Of a DNA stretch of 64,000 bases, positions 13,738-25,200 are shown in pieces. The notes under the pieces are model-generated. The model ran no database searches. It was given only the letters and a program-made list of their open reading frames with translations, and was not told the DNA's origin. The stretch is from Paragordius varius (lineage: Eukaryota > Animalia > Nematomorpha). The DNA lies in NCBI GenBank assembly GCA_964247055.1, contig OZ176050.1, positions 3,968,001-4,032,000 of the forward strand. Direction: 5' to 3'. The translations under genes were made by a program, and so were the position numbers. The first letter of the stretch is position 1; each line of letters begins with the position of its first letter.

Positions 13738-16700
13738 TTTACAATTCAAATTCACCCTTAAACAATTTAAATTCACCCTAAAAATAAATTATGTGTTTTC
13801 GGGAAACTCATTATTATTAAATATATCTTTATAGCATAGATTACTATTTTTTCAATATATTTTTCGATTAAAAACAAAATTTTTTTTTGAAAAAATATAT
13901 TAAAATATGATTAATTTTTAATCTTCTTAAATACCTTATATTTTATTTGTTTAAGGGTGAGTTTAAATTATTCAAGGGTGATTTTGAATTGTAAATGGTA
14001 TATTTACTTTACACTTTACAATATAATAAATAAAGAAAGTTATATTCAAAAAAATTTTAATCTATATATTTATAAAAATGGAAAATGCTGGCTTTGTGAT
14101 CTGGTACAGGAAAACCGGTAGACCCAATCAAATCCAAATATCGAAAAAATATAATCATTAATAAATGTCCCGACAATAGCTTCGCCCTTTTTTTGAAATA
14201 GGCCCCCAGTTCGGGCCCACCCCGTATGAAAAACGGGTTTTTTTTGAAAACACAAGTCCACAAAATCGTGTTTTTGAGACAATTTTCCGGAGAACGTGTT
14301 GGACCATTCAATTTCAAATATGATTTTTGTTTACTTATTTTCGATTGCGCCGAACATAGCCGAGCCACTTTTTTGATTTAGGGCCTCTTTTTACCCGCTC
14401 CCCCCGTAAAATGCCACCTTTTTCAAAAAACAAAGTCCACAAAAATAATTTTCTAAATCGATTTTTCGCCCTAGGTATGAGACCGTAAAAATTCTATATG
14501 GATTCCACGTATTCCCTGTTAAAAGGCAAAAATTTTAGTCCACCGTTTATTTGATGATAGCTGCTGGGTAAGGAGCTACCCGCTAAAAACTGATTTTTCA
14601 TATAACTTTGTGAACTGTTTCCGGAAAACCGGTGAACCCAATCAAATCCAAACATCGAAAAAATTTAATCATTAATGAATGCCCCGACAATAGCTTCGCC
14701 CTTTTTCGGAATTAGGTCCCCAGTTTGGGCCCACCCTGTGTGAAAATTGGGTTAGGTCAATTTTTTGGAGAACGTGTTGGACCATTCAATTTCAAATATG
14801 ATTTTTGTTTACTTATTTTCGATTGCGCCGAACATAGCCGAGCCACTTTTTTGATTTAGGCCCTCTTTTTACCCGCTCCCCCCGTAAAATGCCACCTTTT
14901 TCAAAAAACAAAGTCCACAAAAATAATTTTCTAAATCGATTTTTCGCCCTAGGTATGAGACCGTAAAAATTCTATATGGATTCCACGTATTCCCTGTTAA
15001 AAGGCAAAAATTTTAGTCCACCGTTTATTTGATGATAGCTGCTGGGTAAGGAGCTACCCGCTAAAAACTGATTTTTCATATAACTTTGTGAACTGTTTCC
15101 GGAAAACCGGTGAACCCAATCAAATCCAAACATCGAAAAAATTTAATCATTAATGAATGCCCCGACAATAGCTTCGCCCTTTTTCGGAATTAGGTCCCCA
15201 GTTTGGGCCCACCCTGTGTGAAAATTGGGTTAGGTCAATTTTTTGGAGAACGTGTTGGACCATTCAATTTCAAATATGAATTTTGTTTACTTATTTTTGA
15301 TCGCGCTGAACATGGTCGAGTCACTTTTTTGATTTAGGCCCTCTTTTTACCCGCTACCCCCGTAAAATGCCATTTTTTTCAAAAAAAAACAAAGTCCACA
15401 AAAATATTTTTTTGATTGTATTTTTTTGTCCACGGTATGAGACTGTAAAAATTCGAGAAAGATTTTTCGTATTGCCTGGTAAAAGGCAAAAATTTTAGTC
15501 AAGCGTTTCTTTGATGATAGATGCTGAGTAAGGAGTATCTATCATATGCATAGCATGTTAAAAGATATATGGATATTAATACATTATTTATCCTCATCTA
15601 TATATTTATAAAAATGGAAAATGCTGGCTTTGTGATCTGGTACAGGAAAACCGGTAGACCCAATCAAATCCAAATATCGAAAAAATATAATCATTAATAA
15701 ATGTCCCGACAATAGCTTCGCCCTTTTTTTGAAATAGGCCCCCAGTTCGGGCCCACCCCGTATGAAAAACGGGTTTTTTTTGAAAACACAAGTCCACAAA
15801 ATCGTGTTTTTGAGACAATTTTCCGGAGAACGTGTTGGACCATTCAATTTCAAATATGATTTTTGTTTACTTATTTTCGATTGCGCCGAACATAGCCGAG
15901 CCACTTTTTTGATTTAGGGCCTCTTTTTACCCGCTCCCCCCGTAAAATGCCACCTTTTTCAAAAAACAAAGTCCACAAAAATAATTTTCTAAATCGATTT
16001 TTCGCCCTAGGTATGAGACCGTAAAAATTCTATATGGATTCCACGTATTCCCTGTTAAAAGGCAAAAATTTTAGTCCACCGTTTATTTGATGATAGCTGC
16101 TGGGTAAGGAGCTACCCGCTAAAAACTGATTTTTCATATAACTTTGTGAACTGTTTCCGGAAAACCGGTGAACCCAATCAAATCCAAACATCGAAAAAAT
16201 TTAATCATTAATGAATGCCCCGACAATAGCTTCGCCCTTTTTCGGAATTAGGTCCCCAGTTTGGGCCCACCCTGTGTGAAAATTGGGTTAGGTCAATTTT
16301 TTGGAGAACGTGTTGGACCATTCAATTTCAAATATGAATTTTGTTTACTTATTTTTGATCGCGCTGAACATGGTCGAGTCACTTTTTTGATTTAGGCCCT
16401 CTTTTTACCCGCTACCCCCGTAAAATGCCATTTTTTTCAAAAAAAAACAAAGTCCACAAAAATATTTTTTTGATTGTATTTTTTTGTCCACGGTATGAGA
16501 CTGTAAAAATTCGAGAAAGATTTTTCGTATTGCCTGGTAAAAGGCAAAAATTTTAGTCAAGCGTTTCTTTGATGATAGATGCTGAGTAAGGAGTATCTAT
16601 CATATGCATAGCATGTTAAAAGATATATGGATATTAATACATTATTTATCCTCATCTATATATTTATAAAAATGGAAAATGCTGGCTTTGTGATCTGGTA

Positions 16701-19229
16701 CAGGAAAACCGGTAGACCCAATCAAATCCAAATATCGAAAAAATATAATCATTAATAAATGTCCCGACAATAGCTTCGCCCTTTTTTTGAAATAGGGCCC
16801 CAGTTCGGGCCCACCCCGTATGAAAAACGGGTTTTTTTTGAAAACACAAGTCCACAAAATCGTGTTTTTGAGACAATTTTCCGGAGAACGTGTTGGACCA
16901 TTCATTTTCAAATATGATTTTTGTTTACTTATTTTCGATTGCGCCGAACATAGCCGAGCCACTTTTTTGATTTAGGCCCTCTTTTTACCCGCTCCCCCCG
17001 TAAAATGCCACCTTTTTCAAAAAACAAAGTCCACAAAAATAATTTTCTAAATCGATTTTTCGCCCTAGGTATGAGACCGTAAAAATTCTATATGGATTCC
17101 ACGTATTCCCTGTTAAAAGGCAAAAATTTTAGTCCACCGTTTATTTGATGATAGCTGCTGGGTAAGGAGCTACCCGCTAAAAACTGATTTTTCATATAAC
17201 TTTGTGAACTGTTTCCGGAAAACCGGTGAACCCAATCAAATCCAAACATCGAAAAAATTTAATCATTAATGAATGCCCCGACAATAGCTTCGCCCTTTTT
17301 CGGAATTAGGTCCCCAGTTTGGGCCCACCCTGTGTGAAAATTGGGTTAGGTCAATTTTTTGGAGAACGTGTTGGACCATTCAATTTCAAATATGAATTTT
17401 GTTTACTTATTTTTGATCGCGCTGAACATGGTCGAGTCACTTTTTTGATTTAGGCCCTCTTTTTACCCGCTACCCCCGTAAAATGCCATTTTTTTCAAAA
17501 AAAAAACAAAGTCCACAAAAATATTTTTTTGATTGTATTTTTTTGTCCACGGTATGAGACTGTAAAAATTCGAGAAAGATTTTTCGTATTGCCTGGTAAA
17601 AGGCAAAAATTTTAGTCAAGCGTTTCTTTGATGATAGATGCTGAGTAAGGAGTATCTATCATATGCATAGCATGTTAAAAGATATATGGATATTAATACA
17701 TTATTTATCCTCATCTATATATTTATAAAAATGGAAAATGCTGGCTTTGTGATCTGGTACAGGAAAACCGGTAGACCCAATCAAATCCAAATATCGAAAA
17801 AATATAATCATTAATAAATGTCCCGACAATAGCTTCGCCCTTTTTTTGAAATAGGCCCCCAGTTCGGGCCCACCCCGTATGAAAAACGGGTTTTTACCCC
17901 CCCCCCCCCCCCCCCAGAAGTCCGAAGGACTTCCTCGGGCTGCGTAGCAGCACGAGATTCACGCTAGTTTAAAATAAGTATTGATGAATTATAAAATCTT
18001 TTACGTTATATCCATATAGAGAGAGTATAATTTCAATTACTGTGGGATTTTAAACCCCTGCAAAGCTATTTCGAAAAACATTTATCAGCTCAAATTTATA
18101 CATGGACATTTTGAACGTCAAAATTTCCAATTTTTCCATGCAAAGCTTGTATATATGCATCACCGTATCCACTTGAGCCCACATAATTAACTAAAAATGA
18201 TATATTTATACCATTTAAAATTCAAATTCACCCCTAAACAATTCAAATTCACCGTTCAAATTTCCGTCGATAAATTAAAATTTACTCTGAAACAATTCAA
18301 ATTCACCCTTGAACAATTTAAATTCACCCTCAAATAAATTATGTGTTTTTTAAGATTAAAATTACATATAGTTTTAAAAATAAAAATGTTCTTTTAAAAT
18401 TAAAATAATATTGAAAAAATAATATATTATGTCGTAAAAATATGAATTATATTATCTCGAAAACACATAATTTATTTTTAGGGTGAATTCGTGTGAAAGG
18501 TAAATTAAATTGTTGGAGAATGAATTTAAATTGTTCGAGGGTCAAATTGAATTGTTGAGTGTAAATTTCAATAAATGGTATATATATATTTATATACATT
18601 CATATATATAAATATTTGTAAAAAATGTAAATTATTAAAAAATTAGTTGCTGGGTATATATATAGTAAATAAACTATAATTTAAAATTTAAAGGTGTTAT
18701 ACTTTAGAATTAGACTATCCAACAAAAGTTATTGCCACATAAAAATAAGGCTAAAATCAAACAAAAGCTATCAATTTTTCAAAAAATAGTATATATCGAA
18801 AACATTTCTATATTTTTTTTATCATAATCTCAATTTTTCAAAGATAACGAGATAAAAATAAATACATAATTTTAAAAAATGTATAAATTCCAATTTCGAT
18901 TGGCTTAAAAATTCAAAAAAAGGAAAAGAAAATCAACAAAAGTTATCACCTAACAATACAGTGTAATTTAGTAGGGCGAGAGCTATGACTTGTGGCATCC
19001 AGCATATGTTAAAAACAGCATGAGGGCCCCAAAATGTAAATTATACCAAGGAAAATAAAGTTTTTTAGGGATATTGATATATATATATATATTATATGGT
19101 TAAAGGTACCCACAAAATATAGACTATTAAAATTTTGACTATATTTAAATGAAAAAAAAAAGAATATTGTTCTGGCAACCTAAAAATATCAAACTTTTCA
19201 CACTTATATGGTGTAAAGAAGTCCTTGTA

Positions 19230-19266
<37 letters not shown>

Positions 19267-22200
19267 ATTTTTTTGTAAAATTGTTTTATTATTTTATTGG
19301 TTTACCCTAAAGTTGTTACAGTAAGATTAATAGTTAATTATCATGAAAAAACACAATAGAAGAAAAAAATGATTAGCACATGGTTCGAAAGACATAAAAT
19401 AAATACATTAAATGGGGCCCTGGATAAATGCTTTCTGTTGTATCTACTTATACAGTCAATACATATTTTTATCCGTAATCATTTTTTCTATTTGGATATT
19501 CATTTGTTTATTTGTGATAATCATTTATTAATCTTAATATAATTTAAGCTCAGGCAAAATTTTTTTTATCAACTACCTTATTCCTCACCACAATGTAATC
19601 AATTAGTAGGGATTTTGAGTTATTAGGAAGGCTTCTTTCATGTTGGAGCTTATCCATAGGGTCTGCATTTAAAGTGCAAATTTCCCATTCGATTTGTTCA
19701 CAAACGTTAGTCACCGTTTGTGGACCATGTGTTAAAGATACCCAAATCAAAGGGTAATTAATAGTGGTTTGATTAGGTGGTCTAAGGTTAGATTCTTTTA
19801 ACCATACATCTTGTATGAGTTTCGTATAATTTATGTGTGCAATCATCTAACATATAATATATTATGATAAAACTTTTTTTATTTATGAGCTCGTTGTATA
19901 CAGTAAAATATTGAAATTATACGGACAAAACCTATTAATATAAAGACAAATATTTTTTTCTAATGGACAACCACATACTTTTTAAAAATAAATTTATATC
20001 AATTAAACAACTCATTGTTATAATAAATGTGTGAAGTAGAGATATATATGACAAACACAACAATCAATTATTTTACAATTGTAACTAAGTATAGCAGTTT
20101 ATATGAGAAACATTAAGGTTTTAAAGAGTATGGTTGTCTTTTATAAAAAAATATTTGACTGCATATATTTACGTTTTGTCCGCAGGTATAATTTCAATTT
20201 TTACTGTGTGTTTAGATAATATTAGTAAAAAAGCGTCTAAATGCAAAAATCAGATATTTATAAATCAAACGCTCGTTACTATTTAGTAATATATTAGAAT
20301 TTTATATTGGGGTTTTTACCCAAATTGATAATTTTGTATGAAATCATCCCCCGTTCAATATGTGTGAAATGGAAAAACAAAACAAAACAAAAACATTTAC
20401 ATATATAAAGTTTTAAAATTTTGTCCCTCATTAATTTAACTTGAAAAAATAGGTCAAAAAAGTTAGTAGCGAAAACTCTATGACAATTTTAAACATACAT
20501 ATTTAATGTGTTACTATTTTTATACACTATATAATACAAATTTTTCCTTTCATAAAGATTGATTACCAATTGCATTGGACAAACAAAATTAGAATATGAT
20601 GCTAAAACATAGTTATTTTTGAAATCTAACAAGGTCCAAGAACCATTTTCTAATAATATGTAAGAATAAATTAAGCTGGAATAATGAATGAAAAGGTTTT
20701 ATTAAATTTATTTAAAGGTTTTTTAGTTTTTAATTTATAAGACGTGGAAAAACGTTAAAAATGAGATTAAATAGCTTTCAAGTATCAAACAATTAATGAT
20801 TTGGTTATTTTTATAATAATTCGATAATCTTTTTGTGTCATTAGTGGTTTTTATGTATAACGATGTACCATTCCCTGGTTAAAATAAATTTTCACAAACA
20901 ATCGAAAAGGTATAAATTATGTCAAAAACACAATATTTATATTATTTGAGTTTAGAAATCACGCAATTTATTCAGCTTATGAAAGATTTTATGGGGTAAG
21001 GTTGGAATTTGAGACCCAAATTATGTTCAAATAACTTGGTGTAAGAATGATGTTTAATGCTTTCATTTGAGGTATTGTTGTAGGAGGTTGACAATCATCA
21101 TTACATTTGGAACATAAAACACCCATGATTATTTTGTGAGGACCCTGGTTTGTGGAAAAAAGTAGTATTGTAAAATATTCTTTCCCATTGTTAGGAAGGA
21201 GGAGTTTATTATTACTCATTTGTGTAAATGTAGATGTAATTATTCCAGGAAATTTATATGGCTCATTAAATTCCTCCATATTATAAATGCTGTAAAATGT
21301 GGTATTAATATTGTTAATGGTAATGTTTCCTCAAAAGGCGTATAATACAAATGCATAGGTGACCAATCTACAATGATATGGCTAAAAATAAATGGAATGT
21401 AATATATATAGCCACAGTAAAAAATATAAAGACAAATTTCGATTTTTTTAAAAGACAAACTGTAATGTTTCTCATACAAGCTACTTAGTTACCATTGTAA
21501 TATAAAATTGATTGTGTTAAATATATATATATATTCTATTTAACACTTTGCCATTTAAAACAATGAGCAATATTGAAATAAATCAAGATGTAAAAAAAGT
21601 ATGGTTGTCTTTTAGAAAAAAATATTTGTCTTTACATTCTTTCGTTTTTTACCGTAGTACTTCAGTTTTTACTGTATATAAAAATGCTTTTTTAGCCCAA
21701 AAAACACAATTTCATTTGAAATAGTGCGGACGAGAAATCTTTTAAACACAATTACAATATATAAGTTTGATATTATCACCAGATACCATATCTAACAAGG
21801 AGATTATTTTCTTCTTAGCATGCTATATGATTAAGCTATTAGGAAGTATTTTTTGTTGACTATATTTTAAATACTATAATAGTTAACAGTTAAATTGAGT
21901 CGTGAACAATTCATATTCACCCTCGAACAATTTAAATTTACCCTAAAATAAATTATATTTTTTAAAGATTAAATACTTAATTTTTTATATTTAATGAGAA
22001 ATTTTCTTAAAAATTGCATTAATGCTAATTTAAGAAATATATTGCTCAAAAATACATAATTTATTTTTAGGGTGAATTTGAATTGTTTAAGGGTGAATAT
22101 ATATATAAATAATGTATTAACAGAAGCAATTTTAATCTATATTGTTCACTTAACTTAACTTCATTTACTTTTACAATTAAATGTACAACATACAGTAAAA

Positions 22201-25200
22201 ATTGCAACTATACGGACAAAACATGAAAAATTAAAGACAAATGTATTTATCCAAAGAGAAGCATACTTTTTAAAACCTAAATGTTTCCCATATAAACTAT
22301 AGTTAATTACCATTGTTAAATATAGATTAATTGTGTTAGTATTATATATCTCTATTTCACACTTTGCCATTTAAAACAATGAGTTATATTGCAATCAATC
22401 AAGATTTATAAAGTATGGTGGTTGTCTGTTGGAAAAAAAATTTGTCTTTATTTTACGTTTTGTCGGTATTCGAGCAGTTTTTACTGTAATTCTCTGGTTA
22501 AAACTTAAAATAATAATATATCTTAAATGTAATTATTTATCAATTTCATTGAGAATATTAGAATCCGAATATATTTAAATATATACACACTGTAATATTA
22601 ACAAAAGTAATTATAGGGAATATATTTTTTGAAAAAAAATGTGGGGAGTTAATTTTGATAATATTATTATTGCTTTTATGATTCATCTAAAATTGAATGA
22701 TTTATTAGGGTAAAATTCAATTACTACAAGTAACGAATCTTTGTCAAACGTATAAAAATAAAATTGAAATATAAACTAATAAAAAAACTAAATAACCATT
22801 GTTTTGTTGGCCAATGCATTAATACCAATCTACTAGATGAATGATGTGATCCATCTAACCTATCTTCAATATATGTGAGATATTGACCACAACCAGTAAA
22901 AGTTGGACATCTATAAGCCCCATGTTCTAAAAGCACTTCTGTGTGTTTGTTAATAAAAATCGCAAATGATAAATAAAAAACAAAAGATTTTACAGTGAAA
23001 TAGTTTCAAATGTTAATATCTATAATTATCATATCTGTAGTTGGGAAAATTTAAATTTTTTTATGGAGATATAAGTATGTAACGTATTTACAATTCAAAT
23101 TCACCCTTGAACAATTCAAATCACCCTTAAACACAATTCACCCTTGAACAATTCAAATTTACCCTCAAATAAATTAAATGTGTTTAAAGAGTAAAAATTA
23201 CCCATATTTGATTTTAAAAAAATAAAATTCTGTTTTAAATGAAAATAATACTGAAAAAATAATAAATTATGACATAAAGATATATTTTATATTAATGAGT
23301 TAGTTGTATTAATTCGAAAAACATATTTTATTTTTCGAGGGTGAATTCGAATTGATTGCTCAAAGTGAATTTGAATTGTTCAAGGGTGAATTCGAACTGT
23401 AATGGTATATATATATATATATATATATTTCAAGTTCATATACAGCTTATTAACATATCGGTTAAGATTATAAAAAAAACTCCATATAAAATACATTTAT
23501 TTTTTGGAGGAGGTATGGAAATCAAATTATATTACCGAATGTTTGAGACCTTTCGACATTTTGTGGATTAAAATTAATCGAGCATAAACAAGTCCGTCGT
23601 GTAGTTATAAAAATAATTCCTTTGGGATAGGGTTCTTTGTAATAACCTATAAAGACCATTATCCAGGTTTTGGAGTTTATATCACTGGGATACCAGGTAG
23701 CCTATATATATATATATATATATATAATACCATTTATAGTTGAAATTGACCCTTGAACGATTTAAATTCACCCTAAAAATAATTATGTGTTTTTGAAAAA
23801 ACTAATATAACTCACTATTAATATAAAATATAGTGAAAATTAAAATTACGGACAAAACGTAAAAATATAAAGACAAATTGTTTTTTGTAAAAGACAACCA
23901 TACTTTTAAAAACCTGAATAATTCCCATATAAGCTACTCGGGTATCACTGTAAAATATAGAATTGATTGTTTTAGTAATACATATCTCTATTTCAGACTT
24001 TGCCATTTAAAACAATGAGTTATATTGAAATAAATAAAGATTTAAAAACAATGGTTGTCTTTTCGAAAAAAATCATTTTTTTTACCTTTTGTCCGTATAA
24101 TCAATTTTACTATATATCTTTATGGCATAATTTTTTAGTATTATGTTAATTTAAAATAATTTTTTTTTGAAAATATATTATAGGTAATTTTTGACCTTAA
24201 AAAACATATAATTTTATGAGGATGAATTTGAATAGTTTGATGGTGAATCGAATTATTTAAGGGGTTAAATTTAAATTGTATATGGTATATATGCAGTATT
24301 GCCAATTCAAACCTAAAATATTATCAATATTAATAATTAACATCTATTGATTGCAACAACAGTTAAAAAACTACATTTCGAAACCAATTTTAAGTTTTAT
24401 TCCAAGCGATGTTCGCTAAATAGGCATCCATTTTCCTTAAAAATATACATTTAGTATCATATGATGATCTTTTAATACCCAAAGGGTCAAAAAACAATTC
24501 TTTTAATGTCATAAACCGTATAACAATTTCCATAAACATTTAAAAGAAAAGAATATACCGATTACCAAAAATTTATGCTCAACAAAATGAGTTAGATATG
24601 TCAGAGAAAAGCATTGAAATTATTTTTCGATATAAGGATGCTTAGTAATTCTTTTTATCTTCATACATGTTGTAGAAATGATAGATAATAAATTCAAGAT
24701 AAAAAGTCTTTTATCTTTTTTTATGTTGGAACGGTTTCACATAAATAAAACTGCGTTCCGTACTCCGTATCTAATACAAACCAATACATAGCAATTAAAC
24801 ATATATTATTGTAACACAAAACGACATTACATATCAGCCAATTATTTACCTAAAAACGCATCATTAAGTCTCTTGGTAGGAAAAATAAAAACTACTGAAC
24901 CATTCGATTATCACAACGCGCGTGCAAAAACATGACATTTATTTTGCTATATATATCATTTACACTTCAAGAGTCTCCTTGAACACTTCAGGTAAAGTCT
25001 TTAAACATTTCAAGTTTGTCTTCAAACATTTCTTGAACTTTTATAGTTCTTGGAAATTTTAAGTTGCTCCTTGAAAATTTTATGTTGATCCTTAAACATA
25101 TCAAGTTGGTCCTTAAACACTTCAAGTTGGTCCTTAAAAATTTTAAGGTCCTTTCAACCTAGTTTTTAAACATTTCAAGTTGGGCCTTAAACATTTTAAG

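Noticed and set aside
14057-16962. Repeated ORFs MARLCSAQSKISKQK... and MSQKHDFVDLCF... as a gene family
   Set aside because: They are antisense readings of the Helitron 5' region. Frames break differently in each dispersed copy (6933, 29757, 47702, 52557) and there is no Rep/helicase motif.
14061-17967. CRISPR-like or rDNA-like array
   Set aside because: No unique spacers between short repeats and no rRNA motifs. The context is eukaryotic with Helitron termini.
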